Virus record (IMG/VR): IMGVR_UViG_3300024996_000004
Source of the DNA: a virus
Strand: one strand, 5' to 3'
Length of the DNA stretch: 64,000 nt
The position numbers and the translations under genes were made by a program. Shown piece by piece: positions 29,947-40,957 of this stretch (position 1 is its first letter; each line of letters opens with the position of its first letter). The notes under the pieces were generated by a model. The model ran no database searches. It was given only the letters and a program-made list of their open reading frames with translations, and had not been told where the DNA came from.

Positions 29947-30840
29947 ATGATTAAAACAACATTTAAAGATTATCTAAAAGAATCCCTTAATGAGATGGCA
30001 ATAAAAGATTATCAGACCATTGGCGATTTTAGTAAAAATAGTTCTTTTAGAGATAAACGAGATAGAATGCTTATTCAAAATCCCCGAAGCATTGAGTTAG
30101 TTAAAAAGAAATTTAATAATACTGATTATGACTTCAATTTTTATTTTGTCAATTCAGCCAAAGCTAATCGTCATACTGAAGTAGGCGTAGTTAATCCAGA
30201 ATGGTTAAAAACTAATCTCGGTGATGATGTTTATAATGCTGTAACTAAAGGTATGCAAGATAACGATGATACTATATCTGTGGTATTCACTAATAATAAA
30301 GGATCAGAACGTCGAAATTTGACAGGCTGGATGATGGCACATAGAATTTTTCATGCTCTTGCCATAGGGAATTACAGACGTGAAAATCATCTATATATAG
30401 AAGCATCAAATTTTATTATTAGTACTTTAAAGGAAATAATGCATTTTTATGGAAACGACTCTTATCCAGATAATGAAAGGAGATTAGTGACATATGGTTA
30501 TGGTGATCGTCATCAAGCCAGAAAAGATCAACTCGGAATGATTTATTTCTTCCAAAAAGTTTGCACTTTTAGATCGGCCAGAGAAGGTATAATTCGTGAT
30601 TGGTTCGAAGTGTTAAACGAACTTGGTGCACAATACCTAACCACCGGAAGAATTCGATTTAACGATGCGCCACAATGTTTTGGTAATAATGCATATGGAA
30701 AAAATGCATACAGAAAATGTGTGCGATCCCAAGATGATTTAAGTGAAGTTAATGAACTTCTAGAAACATTATCTAGAGATTTAACATATTATTTAGATAA
30801 TATCTTAGGTGCTGCTGTTAATAAAATTTTTGTAATGTAA
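29947..30840 (+). CDS. putative internal virion protein with zincin-like HRxxH motif
   Basis: TFKDYLKESLNE leader, W..AHRIFH, E...EL.AQY; TATAAATA 29919-29926. Confidence 0.6.
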   Translation: MIKTTFKDYLKESLNEMAIKDYQTIGDFSKNSSFRDKRDRMLIQNPRSIELVKKKFNNTDYDFNFYFVNSAKANRHTEVGVVNPEWLKTNLGDDVYNAVTKGMQDNDDTISVVFTNNKGSERRNLTGWMMAHRIFHALAIGNYRRENHLYIEASNFIISTLKEIMHFYGNDSYPDNERRLVTYGYGDRHQARKDQLGMIYFFQKVCTFRSAREGIIRDWFEVLNELGAQYLTTGRIRFNDAPQCFGNNAYGKNAYRKCVRSQDDLSEVNELLETLSRDLTYYLDNILGAAVNKIFVM

Positions 30841-31551
30841 TTACCATTCTATCTCAACATTCTTAATAACTTGTCTGCATAATTCTGGATCAAACCAATC
30901 ATCAGTTCTTATTCCAGATTCCATATCAATATAATAGCTTTCAAGTTTATTTAAATTGTGAATTTTATCATTTATTTGTTTAACATTACTTGGATTTATG
31001 CCGCCAGCATATCCAGTGAAATGAGTTTTAAAAACGGGAAGAATATCAGTCAATTCTTTATTATAACCACCGGATGCATCATATAATATGCTTATGGCTT
31101 CTCTACAAGTTCTATTGTTATCATATGTTATTAACTTATCAATTAAAGAAGTTTTACTCTTATTATGTTGAATGATAATATCATTTAGTTCACATTTTTG
31201 TAGTATCTTATCGACAAGCTCATCTTCGTCATAATTGTTAACATTTAAATTCAATTGAATTCTACCAAAATTCTTTTTAACTAAACGCATGATATCTTCG
31301 TTATCAGAGAAGAAACCATCTATACTTTCACTACCACATAAATGCAATGATGATATCAAATCGTGATGATACATTTTATCGAAAATTTTTAAACATTCAT
31401 CATATGCAGGATAACGTTTATGTTTTCCAGATTTATTGATAGAATATAAAACACCAAATTCCAAAGGATAACCTGAGTTATCTTGTAACTTTATTAGATC
31501 ATCAATGTTAGTTTTAGAATCAATGCCTACGAACGAAATGAGTTCAAGCAT
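30841..31551 (-). CDS. TIM-barrel protein, phosphoribosylanthranilate isomerase-like
   Basis: EFGVL, HLCG, RIQLN, LYDASGG, GYAGGI.P.NV, IDMESG.R. Confidence 0.7.
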   Translation of the reverse strand: MLELISFVGIDSKTNIDDLIKLQDNSGYPLEFGVLYSINKSGKHKRYPAYDECLKIFDKMYHHDLISSLHLCGSESIDGFFSDNEDIMRLVKKNFGRIQLNLNVNNYDEDELVDKILQKCELNDIIIQHNKSKTSLIDKLITYDNNRTCREAISILYDASGGYNKELTDILPVFKTHFTGYAGGINPSNVKQINDKIHNLNKLESYYIDMESGIRTDDWFDPELCRQVIKNVEIEW

Positions 31552-31561
31552 AAAAAATCCT

Positions 31562-31933
31562 CTATTTTAATATTTTTGGTAATGCGTCAATAGAAATAGT
31601 CGGAACGATGTTTTGGATCAACTTATTATCTGTTATAAAATCATTAGTATCTTTTGCTTGATGTTTAGATGGATCAATTGATGATGTAATATGATACTTA
31701 CTTCCATCAGATCGTGTGCTTGTTCCATCAACAGAAACCAAAAAAGCATCCAAACCATCAACTGAAAGATATCCAATAACTCTAATATCTAAAGGTTTAG
31801 GTGGTAAAGTATAATCATCATCAATTCCAAAGTCAACGGTAATATGATGACAGATAATCCTTTCGTTTTTAGGAGGATAAAGATTCAATAAAATTTTTCT
31901 ACTATCTTCTGATAAAACGTAGGCAGAATACAT
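31562..31933 (-). CDS. 2H phosphoesterase (tRNA-ligase CPDase-like)
   Basis: HHITV and YHITS motifs; start MYSAYVL likely. Confidence 0.65.
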   Translation of the reverse strand: MYSAYVLSEDSRKILLNLYPPKNERIICHHITVDFGIDDDYTLPPKPLDIRVIGYLSVDGLDAFLVSVDGTSTRSDGSKYHITSSIDPSKHQAKDTNDFITDNKLIQNIVPTISIDALPKILK

Positions 31934-31944
31934 GATAATTCCTA

Positions 31945-32211
31945 TTAATTTAGAGAACAATTATTTTCTTGATAGCTTAACCATGCAACAAAATCTTGAT
32001 ATCCACCTATATGTTTTGAGTCTACAAATATTTGTGGTGCTGATCGCAGAGGAATATCGGAATTAACACTAGCTACTCGTTCTTTCAAATCTTCAATTTG
32101 AACATCTTTGCCTAACATATATTCATTATATTCTAAACATTTTTGTTTAATAAGACTTTTAACTTGATTACATTGACCACAATTATCTTTGCTGTATACA
32201 TCAATTTGCAT
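31945..32211 (-). CDS. glutaredoxin-like
   Basis: CGQC, PQIF, IGGY. Confidence 0.85.
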   Translation of the reverse strand: MQIDVYSKDNCGQCNQVKSLIKQKCLEYNEYMLGKDVQIEDLKERVASVNSDIPLRSAPQIFVDSKHIGGYQDFVAWLSYQENNCSLN

Positions 32212-32235
32212 ATTTTTTTCCTTTAATTTTTGTAT

Positions 32236-32685
32236 TTATCCTAACTCATAAATCATAACATCTACCATGGGGAACATTTTACACATTTCTCTGAAAATAG
32301 GTTCCACATCTAAAGCCCAATCCAGACCACCCAATCCACATCCTATTTTAACCGTTTTTAATGGTAAATCTAAATCTCGACACCATCTAAAAGTTTGATC
32401 CAATATATGTTCTATGGCAGTAATTGAGGCATATCGTTTACCATCATTCCCATAATACAATTGTCCAAAACCGTTCGCTACATAAAGCTCCGCACCTACT
32501 GGAACAATTTGCAATTTTCCTAATGAATCTTCTCCCGTGGGAATTTGTAAATATCTATCATACACAATAGGCCACTTCTTACGCAAAGCTAATGCAACAC
32601 CAGAACCCATGACACCTTGACAATTAACACTATGTAAGATAATTCCACGGGTTTCTTCAACTATATTTGATTTTATAAATTGCAT
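32236..32685 (-). CDS. macro domain protein (Poa1p/DarG-like)
   Basis: H.VNC.GVMGSGVA, GQ..YG, KIGCGLGG.DW. Confidence 0.88.
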   Translation of the reverse strand: MQFIKSNIVEETRGIILHSVNCQGVMGSGVALALRKKWPIVYDRYLQIPTGEDSLGKLQIVPVGAELYVANGFGQLYYGNDGKRYASITAIEHILDQTFRWCRDLDLPLKTVKIGCGLGGLDWALDVEPIFREMCKMFPMVDVMIYELG

Positions 32686-32783
32686 ATAAATTCCAGTAAA
32701 TATGAGTTATTATAATTCAGTGTAAGAGTTATAACAACTAAAATCAACTTCCTATAAATATTGATACTAACGGATATTTCACA

Positions 32784-33104
32784 ATGAAAATTTCAGAATT
32801 GTACAATATATTGAATGAATCTAAAAATGAGGACGAAACTCCTAATGATGCGCCGCCACCTTCCGGCTCATTGATTTCTACTGCTCAAGCTGCTAAAATA
32901 CTTGGTGTTAGTATGAGTCGAATTAGACAATACAAGCAAGATGGTGTTCTTACACCCGAATCTGGTCCAGAACCGGGATCGCGAGACAATTGGTGGAAGA
33001 TGAAAGATATTCAATCATTAAAAGATAAACAAGAAGATGGTGAATTACCACGTACTGGACGACCACCTGAATCAAAAGAACATAAATCAAAGAAGGATGA
33101 ATGA
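32784..33104 (+). CDS. MerR/excisionase-type HTH protein with capsid-targeting-like leader
   Basis: STAQAAKILGVS.SRIRQ; ILNES leader; TATAAATA 32753-32760. Confidence 0.7.
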   Translation: MKISELYNILNESKNEDETPNDAPPPSGSLISTAQAAKILGVSMSRIRQYKQDGVLTPESGPEPGSRDNWWKMKDIQSLKDKQEDGELPRTGRPPESKEHKSKKDE

Positions 33105-33355
33105 TGGTTATAGAAATCTATAGTAAAGACAATTGTCCGTATTGCATGAAAGCTAAAACTGCTATTAAAAATGCTGGACATACTTACACTGAATATAAGA
33201 TAGGAGTAAATGCAACAAAAGCTGATGTGCAATCTAGAATTAATGCATTAGGATTACATATTGTTGTATCTACAGTTCCACAAATATTCATTGATGATGA
33301 ATATGTTGGCGGGTATGATGATTTGAAACGATTATATCCTGATTGGACTGCATGA
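33101..33355 (+). CDS. glutaredoxin
   Basis: CPYC, TVPQIF, VGGY. Confidence 0.92.
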   Translation: MMVIEIYSKDNCPYCMKAKTAIKNAGHTYTEYKIGVNATKADVQSRINALGLHIVVSTVPQIFIDDEYVGGYDDLKRLYPDWTA

Positions 33356-33368
33356 TCAACTAATGATT

Positions 33369-33397
33369 GAAAAAAGCTGACATTTGTCAGCTTTTTT
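33369..33397. terminator. bidirectional terminator
   Basis: AAAAAAGCTGACA-TT-TGTCAGCTTTTTT. Confidence 0.8.
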
Positions 33398-34652
33398 ATT
33401 CAAAATCTTTTAACATGTAAATCTTTGATTTTTTATCTATAGATTCAATGTTATTTTCACTCAAAAACCAATGCCATCTTTCCGGTTTTTCACACGTATA
33501 TTTCGATGCCATTCCATCCGATACGACCCAAACACTAGCTGGATAATCCGAATTTTCTTTCTTTATGATATTTTGAATATCATCTTCAATAATTTGGAAA
33601 TTAGTTCCGACACCTTTATGCACTTTATTACCAGCTATGTCAGTCTCAACTACAAAATCATGAAAACAAAATAGTCTCACTTCAAATTTATCTTCTGGTA
33701 AGGATTTTGCAGCCTTAAAGAATCGTTCAGATAAATGATGACATGATCCCGAAGTATCAAGATAAAAATGTATTTTTATCTTGGTTTTTTCTTTCTTTAC
33801 ATCATCATATTCCATTTCACTAGGTAAGAATAAATCATTTTTTAAAAATACGAATCTTCTATTAATTCTCGCCCATTGATCGACTATTTTTTCTTTTCTA
33901 CCTACAGCATGCAAGGACCACTTTTTAATAATAGTTTCCCATTTCTTTTTCTTTTTCACCTTTATATTAAAAAATGTCCACAATCCTTTTCCTTCTCCCG
34001 TTCCATGAACATTCATGGTATTTTTAAGAGCATCTTTTTCTTGTGGAGTTAATAGCTTGTCAAACTCTTTCATAATTTTTTCATAATCTTCTTGAGTCAT
34101 AGTTTCATGACCATCTACTAAAGATGAACCCGTTGGCAATTCACCAGCATCCTTTTTGGATTTAAGAAGTGGATAATAATACTCTAGAGTTTCGTTTGTT
34201 GGAATATTTTCTTCGGGCTTGAAACATTTATCAATCCAATAATAATTATTTGTGGGATCAATTTCAGTTCGAATACATCCGAATTTTTCAACAGCCATAT
34301 GATTTACGACTAAATCGGCTGCAATATTAGCTATTTCTGGATCATCAAATGCTATACTGCGCATAGGATGACCCAAGATTAAATGACTACATTCATGAAT
34401 AATGACGAATAATTTTTGTGGTAAATTCAATTGTCGCCAAAATATCGGATTGATTTTCATATACAAAAAATTACCCGATGCACGTTCAACATAAACGGCG
34501 GCTGTAGGTAAACTCATATCAAAAATAGGTTTACCCACATTGAAAAATTTATTGAATATTCCATGGTATTTTTGTAGATGAAATGAAATGTTTATGATTT
34601 CATCATAAGACATTTCACTTACCGTATTGAATATATTTTGTTCAGTAGTCAT
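33396..34652 (-). CDS. DUF2201-type metallopeptidase-like plus VWA domain protein
   Basis: HECSH..H, NIAAD..VN, DTSGS, GT.F, SDG. Confidence 0.8.
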   Translation of the reverse strand: MTTEQNIFNTVSEMSYDEIINISFHLQKYHGIFNKFFNVGKPIFDMSLPTAAVYVERASGNFLYMKINPIFWRQLNLPQKLFVIIHECSHLILGHPMRSIAFDDPEIANIAADLVVNHMAVEKFGCIRTEIDPTNNYYWIDKCFKPEENIPTNETLEYYYPLLKSKKDAGELPTGSSLVDGHETMTQEDYEKIMKEFDKLLTPQEKDALKNTMNVHGTGEGKGLWTFFNIKVKKKKKWETIIKKWSLHAVGRKEKIVDQWARINRRFVFLKNDLFLPSEMEYDDVKKEKTKIKIHFYLDTSGSCHHLSERFFKAAKSLPEDKFEVRLFCFHDFVVETDIAGNKVHKGVGTNFQIIEDDIQNIIKKENSDYPASVWVVSDGMASKYTCEKPERWHWFLSENNIESIDKKSKIYMLKDFE

Positions 34653-34653
34653 A

Positions 34654-35544
34654 TCAATTAGCTTTTTTATTGTAAACGAAAACTTTAACACCAGCATTAA
34701 AAACGCTAAAAACTTCACCCTTGCGAATTCGTTCCATAATTTGCTTGTGTATCATGGGTTTACGATGAAATACGATTCCGGTAGATTTCTCAACATTCAT
34801 AAATCCGGGACCGGAATATCCAATAAACTCAAATCCAAGATGATTTAGACTATTTCCTGAATTGTGATCATAATCTACATAATAACAAATGCTATTCCAT
34901 GCTACTTCTCTATTACTTATTTTTACTGTAGGATAATTCTTGACAAAATGCGTAAATAACTTTGATGCGCCACCACGTACTTGACAATTGCGCAGCGTGG
35001 CGGCTCGGATAATTTCAAGGTCATACTTATTCTTTTTAGCACCAAAGAAAGGGTGTCCAAAAGTATAAATCATAACTAAAGTGTCTTTTGAATATTCTCC
35101 AACATCTTTTTTCAAAAATAATCCAAGATTCAGAGCACTACTACGATAACCATAAAATGAATTCTGTTCAAGAAAAGATCGAATTTCTTTATTTGAAATC
35201 TCTTTTACATAAGTATCTCGGCCATTAAATTGATGGTTTACTTTACCACATGCTGATAAAATAATAGACAAAATGATTTCACGTTTATCAGTGTTTTCGC
35301 TAAATTCATGAGGCTTAACCCAAATGGTTCTGATGCCATTAGCTTCGTTTTCAATAGAAGTTTTCTGGAAATACTTTTTAGCGACGCCACCGTTATCATC
35401 GTAATATCCATAACGTACTTTATACATATCATCCACTGGATAAATGCGAATGTTCTTGTTTGTAACATCAATATATTCATCTACAAAAGTATGAATAACA
35501 TGATTATCGGTAAGAATTTGAGAAATATCAGATTTGATTGACAT
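34654..35544 (-). CDS. Hef-like putative endonuclease-associated protein
   Basis: FL..N...G, GGASKLF..F, YVD....SG..L..LGF, AG..V.V; start MSIKSD likely. Confidence 0.5.
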   Translation of the reverse strand: MSIKSDISQILTDNHVIHTFVDEYIDVTNKNIRIYPVDDMYKVRYGYYDDNGGVAKKYFQKTSIENEANGIRTIWVKPHEFSENTDKREIILSIILSACGKVNHQFNGRDTYVKEISNKEIRSFLEQNSFYGYRSSALNLGLFLKKDVGEYSKDTLVMIYTFGHPFFGAKKNKYDLEIIRAATLRNCQVRGGASKLFTHFVKNYPTVKISNREVAWNSICYYVDYDHNSGNSLNHLGFEFIGYSGPGFMNVEKSTGIVFHRKPMIHKQIMERIRKGEVFSVFNAGVKVFVYNKKAN

Positions 35545-35671
35545 AAAAAATTTCCTGTGAAGATGTGGCAAGTGTAACATATCATGTGTAAAAGTCAACA
35601 GCGTTTGATGACTTGCAAAGTTTATATTAAGCAGTTAGAATGTTTGAATCTAACAAAGGATCGTCTTACTC

Positions 35672-37090
35672 ATGTATTCAATTCCCACACCAGCAAAGTA
35701 TAATTTTTGGATTAAAAATAACATAAACGTGCTATTTATTGGCAAACATGGAGTGGGCAAGACTGAATCGGTTAAAGAAAAATTTAATGAACATTTTGGT
35801 GATCGTTGGTTATATTTCTCGGCATCCACTATGGACCCGTGGGTGGACTTTGTAGGCGTTCCTAAAGAAATGATTGATCCTGATACCGGCAACAGCTATC
35901 TCGGCCTTGTACGTCCTAAAATGCTGGCTAATGATGAAGTTGAAGCCATCGTCATTGATGAGTATAACAGAAGTTCACCTAAAGTAAAGAATTCTGTTAT
36001 GGAATTGATTCAATTTAAATCAATTAATGGTAAAAAATTCAACAATCTTAAAATTATTTGGGCAATGGTGAATCCAGACGATGATGAAACCTATGATGTT
36101 GAACGACTTGACCCGGCACAGAAAGATCGGTTTCAAGTTCATGTTTATTATCCATACGAAGTTAATCGCGAATATTTTATAAAAAAATATGGGTTCGAAG
36201 GCGAAACAGCTTGTATGTGGTGGGATAAACAGGATGAAGAAATTAAGAATCAAATTTCCCCTCGTAGACTAGCTTATGCTATGGATATGTACAATCTTCA
36301 AGGTGATTTGAGCGATGTTTTACCTCATGAAACCAATTTTGAAGAATTGTTAACTCAATTGACCAATGGTTCATTTTTGGAAAAATTAAAAGTCCTATTT
36401 GCATTAAAAGATGATAAGAAAACTGCCGAAGCCTTGGCAAGCGAAAATTTTGTATATGCAACTGAAAAGTATATCATGGAGAATAATGATTATTTGGCAT
36501 ATTTCGTTCCTATGTATCCAAAGGATCGACTTGTTAACCTATTTTTAAATAATGAAAAAGTTAGACGTTATTTTGACGAACATGAAGATTATCGCAATTT
36601 TCAACAAATATTTGATCCTGTTATAAATGGTAATTCTGTCACACAACAAAGCATTAAATCCTTACTAAAACGTTGGAAGGGACGCACTGTATCTATTGAT
36701 GCTATCAGCGATATTGAATTTATCGATATGGTGGTAGACAATCGTAGGAATATTGAATTACTATCCAATACTGAAAAGCAACGTGATGTTATCAATAAAT
36801 TTGGTATGATTTTAAATAATAAAATTATTATTGATCAAGGATATTATATTAAAATGTTGGGAGTAAGTTGTGAATTGCTGATTCGTGTCAATGACAATTT
36901 GAAAGAATATGTTATTAAGAATATAAAAAGTATTAAACAAATATTTATTAACCAACAATGGGGTCAAATGGAAGGATATATAACTCAAGATTTGCCCGGT
37001 TTGCGTAGAGCAAAAACTGGAACTTTATTTGATGAAATTGTTGAAATCTTAAAGAAAGAACATATTGTGGAAGATGTTAATTACATTTAA
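35672..37090 (+). CDS. MoxR-like AAA+ ATPase
   Basis: GKHGVGKT, D.VGVP, IDEYNR, N, LDPAQ.DRF, SPR. Confidence 0.85.
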   Translation: MYSIPTPAKYNFWIKNNINVLFIGKHGVGKTESVKEKFNEHFGDRWLYFSASTMDPWVDFVGVPKEMIDPDTGNSYLGLVRPKMLANDEVEAIVIDEYNRSSPKVKNSVMELIQFKSINGKKFNNLKIIWAMVNPDDDETYDVERLDPAQKDRFQVHVYYPYEVNREYFIKKYGFEGETACMWWDKQDEEIKNQISPRRLAYAMDMYNLQGDLSDVLPHETNFEELLTQLTNGSFLEKLKVLFALKDDKKTAEALASENFVYATEKYIMENNDYLAYFVPMYPKDRLVNLFLNNEKVRRYFDEHEDYRNFQQIFDPVINGNSVTQQSIKSLLKRWKGRTVSIDAISDIEFIDMVVDNRRNIELLSNTEKQRDVINKFGMILNNKIIIDQGYYIKMLGVSCELLIRVNDNLKEYVIKNIKSIKQIFINQQWGQMEGYITQDLPGLRRAKTGTLFDEIVEILKKEHIVEDVNYI

Positions 37091-37092
37091 AA

Positions 37093-39486
37093 TTATGGAC
37101 AAGTGCCCCAAACTGGTTTGGGGAGCGTCCAATTTGTAGCTCCGGTAGAAAAATTAGGAGTTCCTAGATAATTCGGTTCAGTAGGAATTTTACTTACACA
37201 CCATCCAGATAAATCTTGATTAAATGCGATTGCATTTCTGAACATAAAATCCATTCGTGATACATTGCTCACATTCCAGTTAGAAATATTTTGATTGAAA
37301 TTTGTTGTATTTAGAAACATTTGTGACATGTCTTCCACTTTATTAGTATTCCATGTTGAAATATCACTATTAAATGCTGATGCACCACCAAACATGTCAC
37401 CCATACTTGTTACATTACTAGTATTCCAAGTTGACATGTCTTGATCGAAAGAAGTTGCACTTTTAAACATTTGACTCATATCTGTGACCTTACTAGTATT
37501 CCATGATGATATATCTTGATTAAATGTACTTGCTTGAAGAAAAGTTCCATTCATTGCTGTGACATTACTAGTATTCCAAGTTGATATGTCTTGATTGAAA
37601 TATGTGGCATTAGAAAACATGTTAGACAAATTAGTTATATCTGATCGTAGTGTAGATGGCACTGAAATAATATATTGAGGCAATTGTATACTATTTAAAT
37701 TATACTCTCCCCAAGATGTCAAGGCTGAACCTACAGATGGACCTGAATCTCCATCGTCACTATTAAATGATAAATAAGAACTGTCGCCGTATATAGATAT
37801 TGTATAATTTCCACGAACATTGTATGTATGTTCATAAGGAGCATATTGGTCGGGTTGACTGGTGGATAGTGTTCGTTGCCCATCACCCCAATCTACTGTT
37901 CCGACTGAAGTTGGACTAAAATTAAGACGTACAGTTGATACATTCGGAAATGTTAAAGTCAACGGTAATCTAGTAAAATTTACAGATGGTGTTGGAGTTG
38001 GTGTTAACGTTGGTGACGGGGTAGGTGTTGGCATTGGAAATGATTGAGCATATCTGTACGAACTAATTCCAACATTGTAATTTTCCGAAACTTGTTCTTG
38101 AGTTAATACATAATCATATACGGCAGGATTCCCCATATATCCTACCATATATTCATTGAAACTATCTGTACCCAAATAATTGAAAATATATGTATCTTCT
38201 AATGGAACTGATCCCGAATATTCTACGGAGTTTAGATATAATTTAGCATTAGCGCTACTATCAACTGTCAACACTATATGATAAGTGGTGTATGTTTCTA
38301 GATTTAATCCGTCAAATCCTACAGAATCGTTGTTTCCATATAACATTAAAGTTGAGCCATCTACATTTAATCCTTCACTTGGAGGGGAAGAGCCGAATAT
38401 AGTGCCAAATAGATTTAAATCAAAAACCTCCGTCCATACTTCTAATGAATAATTATCATATTCATAAGATGTGTTTACGGTAACACCGGCAAAAGTTCCG
38501 CTCGATTCAGGATAATTAAGCCATAAAAATTTTCCATAAGCATCATTAACTAATGAAACATTAGGTTCTAGAGTTAAAGATACATTTCCAACTACATCTA
38601 TTAAGTTATCGTTTAGCGGCCAATAAGCTACGGGATTTTTCTGCAGAACGATGTTATCATATTCGGATAATTGAGATGATCCTGTTGGCGTTGGCGTTAA
38701 TGCTGGAAACGTGTTTGAACGCGATAATTGTGGATTTTTAAACTTATACGTATATCCATTTTTGGGTGGTGCATTAAAATTTGAATCCGAATAAAGTGTT
38801 ACAACCATTTCAATTTGATTCACATTCATTGGGACATATAATTTATAGTTTAATTCTCCACTGAAAGCGAAAATTGCATTTTTTATGTACATATCAGGTG
38901 TAATGCCATACACCAATTTTTGTATTAATACAGAATTACTAATTAATTCTATTATAGCATATTGACAAGTTCCTTCGATATATCTTAAATTCAGATAATA
39001 GATATTTCCACCATCTGTAGAAAAATTGGTAGTGTATTTAACTGGTTCATTATTTGTTGATGTTGAAGTAAAAACAATATCACCAGTAGTCGAATTTACA
39101 TCTACAGTTCCATTAGAATGAGTCCAAGTAGCATTAGTAAATAAATTAGGATACAATATGGGCGAAAGAGATGGCGTCAATGTGGCTGTTGGTGAAATTC
39201 TAGGTGTTCTTGTCGGAGTTGCGGTTAATGAATGTGAGATTGATGGCGTAGGTGTCACAAACTTCGTTTGAATCTCTACTTCTGCCATGCTTTCTAGAGG
39301 ATAAAGTTCTTCGTGAGTATAGGTTTCAATTTGATTATTATCTTTCATTAGAAATTGATAAGATGTTGTAGACCCAACATAATCGCTATCAGAAACACAA
39401 ATACCCATTCTGATTTCTAATTGATCAGATATTACATATCCAATATCATCTATTTTATAAGGATAACCATGTATATTTGTACGCAT
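37093..39486 (-). CDS. virion fibre/adhesin: LamG-like, PKD-like and DUF285 (BspA-type) repeats
   Basis: PVAYWPL, HIVLT, DWGDG, FNQDIS.WNTS.V..M..MF repeats, PT linkers. Confidence 0.8.
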   Translation of the reverse strand: MRTNIHGYPYKIDDIGYVISDQLEIRMGICVSDSDYVGSTTSYQFLMKDNNQIETYTHEELYPLESMAEVEIQTKFVTPTPSISHSLTATPTRTPRISPTATLTPSLSPILYPNLFTNATWTHSNGTVDVNSTTGDIVFTSTSTNNEPVKYTTNFSTDGGNIYYLNLRYIEGTCQYAIIELISNSVLIQKLVYGITPDMYIKNAIFAFSGELNYKLYVPMNVNQIEMVVTLYSDSNFNAPPKNGYTYKFKNPQLSRSNTFPALTPTPTGSSQLSEYDNIVLQKNPVAYWPLNDNLIDVVGNVSLTLEPNVSLVNDAYGKFLWLNYPESSGTFAGVTVNTSYEYDNYSLEVWTEVFDLNLFGTIFGSSPPSEGLNVDGSTLMLYGNNDSVGFDGLNLETYTTYHIVLTVDSSANAKLYLNSVEYSGSVPLEDTYIFNYLGTDSFNEYMVGYMGNPAVYDYVLTQEQVSENYNVGISSYRYAQSFPMPTPTPSPTLTPTPTPSVNFTRLPLTLTFPNVSTVRLNFSPTSVGTVDWGDGQRTLSTSQPDQYAPYEHTYNVRGNYTISIYGDSSYLSFNSDDGDSGPSVGSALTSWGEYNLNSIQLPQYIISVPSTLRSDITNLSNMFSNATYFNQDISTWNTSNVTAMNGTFLQASTFNQDISSWNTSKVTDMSQMFKSATSFDQDMSTWNTSNVTSMGDMFGGASAFNSDISTWNTNKVEDMSQMFLNTTNFNQNISNWNVSNVSRMDFMFRNAIAFNQDLSGWCVSKIPTEPNYLGTPNFSTGATNWTLPKPVWGTCP

Positions 39487-39521
39487 TTACATCACTCTTC
39501 TATAATTATTTTTACCTAAAA

Positions 39522-39812
39522 TCAATTCAACACCTGAGAAGTACAAGTATAATTTGTCCATTCTGCTTCATTTATTTGAATGTGTTTACCATTAATATCA
39601 ACAATTTCTGAAATCATAAAATGATTAAAAACTGTTGAAGGAACATCTTTACGCTTAGATTTTAAATAATCGACCTCGGAATGGTCTAAATGATTAATAC
39701 AGGTAATATACGTATCATTATGATATTGTGATAAATCTGGTTTGTTATCGTTTGTTTGTGCACATGCCGTAAAAGAAAACATGACCAAAGCAGCAATGAT
39801 ATAATATTTCAT
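39522..39812 (-). CDS. secreted/lipoprotein-like hypothetical
   Basis: signal peptide with FTAC. Confidence 0.55.
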   Translation of the reverse strand: MKYYIIAALVMFSFTACAQTNDNKPDLSQYHNDTYITCINHLDHSEVDYLKSKRKDVPSTVFNHFMISEIVDINGKHIQINEAEWTNYTCTSQVLN

Positions 39813-39834
39813 TCGAAATTCCTAATAATAATAT

Positions 39835-40053
39835 TTATGATTTCTTGAAATATTTCAGACTTTTAGAAAAAGTTTTTATCCCATCAATACATCCTAACAT
39901 ACCAAGCACCATACATAGAACGGCATTTATTACTTGAAAACTACTTTTAGCTTCAATAATCCATATACAAGAAAAAACCGTTATAATTCCAAACTTTAGA
40001 AAGAATATAATTCCCATGACCATGTTATAAATTAGAAATTTATGATTTGCCAT
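39835..40053 (-). CDS. small membrane protein
   Basis: two hydrophobic helices. Confidence 0.55.
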   Translation of the reverse strand: MANHKFLIYNMVMGIIFFLKFGIITVFSCIWIIEAKSSFQVINAVLCMVLGMLGCIDGIKTFSKSLKYFKKS

Positions 40054-40918
40054 ACACGCGAACTACTTTATTCAATAATTCTTCAATTGTTTTTGAATTT
40101 GAATTTTTGAGAATTTCAAAATATTTTTTTACATCATCTCGATCAGTATCTCTAGACTTTAAATAAAATAATACCATGTTACCAAAACGATTTCTATAAT
40201 CATCATCCATTAAATAACTTAATGTTGTTTTATCTTTACTATTAAGCTTTCCCGGTGTTGATGATATAATAGAAATTAAAGAATCAAAATCAATTTTGAT
40301 TTTATGTGTTAAATTAGATTGTATCGGTTCATCAACAACACGAGAATTATCAAAAGTTCTTTCATCGGGAACTATAGATTTATTAGTATTAAGAATTAAA
40401 AAATCTTTTCTATTGGTGTAGAACTTTATTGGAATATTAAATTTTTCAGCGTCTTTACGCAAATTGTATAACATATTGCCATAACGTCGATAATCCTGCG
40501 GTATATAACAATGAATAGAAATTATGTAGGATGCTGCATCAGGAATATCAGGTTTATTTGAAGTAATTCTGTCTTCAAATTCATTATAATGATATTTATT
40601 AGCGAAATCACCGAAATAATTAACCGCTCTACCAGAATATTGATGAGATATTTTATCACCGTTTATAATAAAAGTTACAACCGAAGTATCATCTCTAAGC
40701 ACTCCTTGCACAAATGAAGAATTTTTGTTTCGTGAAAAACTCATAAAATAATTTTTAGAATTGTTATGTTTAGATTCTAAACTACTCTGTATAACAGGAG
40801 ATAATTGAAAAGTGTTAGAATCCAAAATTCTAACGGCATTTCGTAAAGATGTGCTATGATATAAAATAGAAGAAGTTCTTTCTATTAAATATTGTTTAAA
40901 TGATTTGACTTTATTCAT
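40040..40918 (-). CDS. putative ADP-ribosyltransferase-fold internal virion protein
   Basis: LYHST...A..IL, MSFSR, EFEDRI; SFKQYLIE leader; late promoter 40924-40930. Confidence 0.5.
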   Translation of the reverse strand: MNKVKSFKQYLIERTSSILYHSTSLRNAVRILDSNTFQLSPVIQSSLESKHNNSKNYFMSFSRNKNSSFVQGVLRDDTSVVTFIINGDKISHQYSGRAVNYFGDFANKYHYNEFEDRITSNKPDIPDAASYIISIHCYIPQDYRRYGNMLYNLRKDAEKFNIPIKFYTNRKDFLILNTNKSIVPDERTFDNSRVVDEPIQSNLTHKIKIDFDSLISIISSTPGKLNSKDKTTLSYLMDDDYRNRFGNMVLFYLKSRDTDRDDVKKYFEILKNSNSKTIEELLNKVVRVYGKS

Positions 40919-40957
40919 GTTATTATTTATGATTCACTACATAAGGAATCACACACA

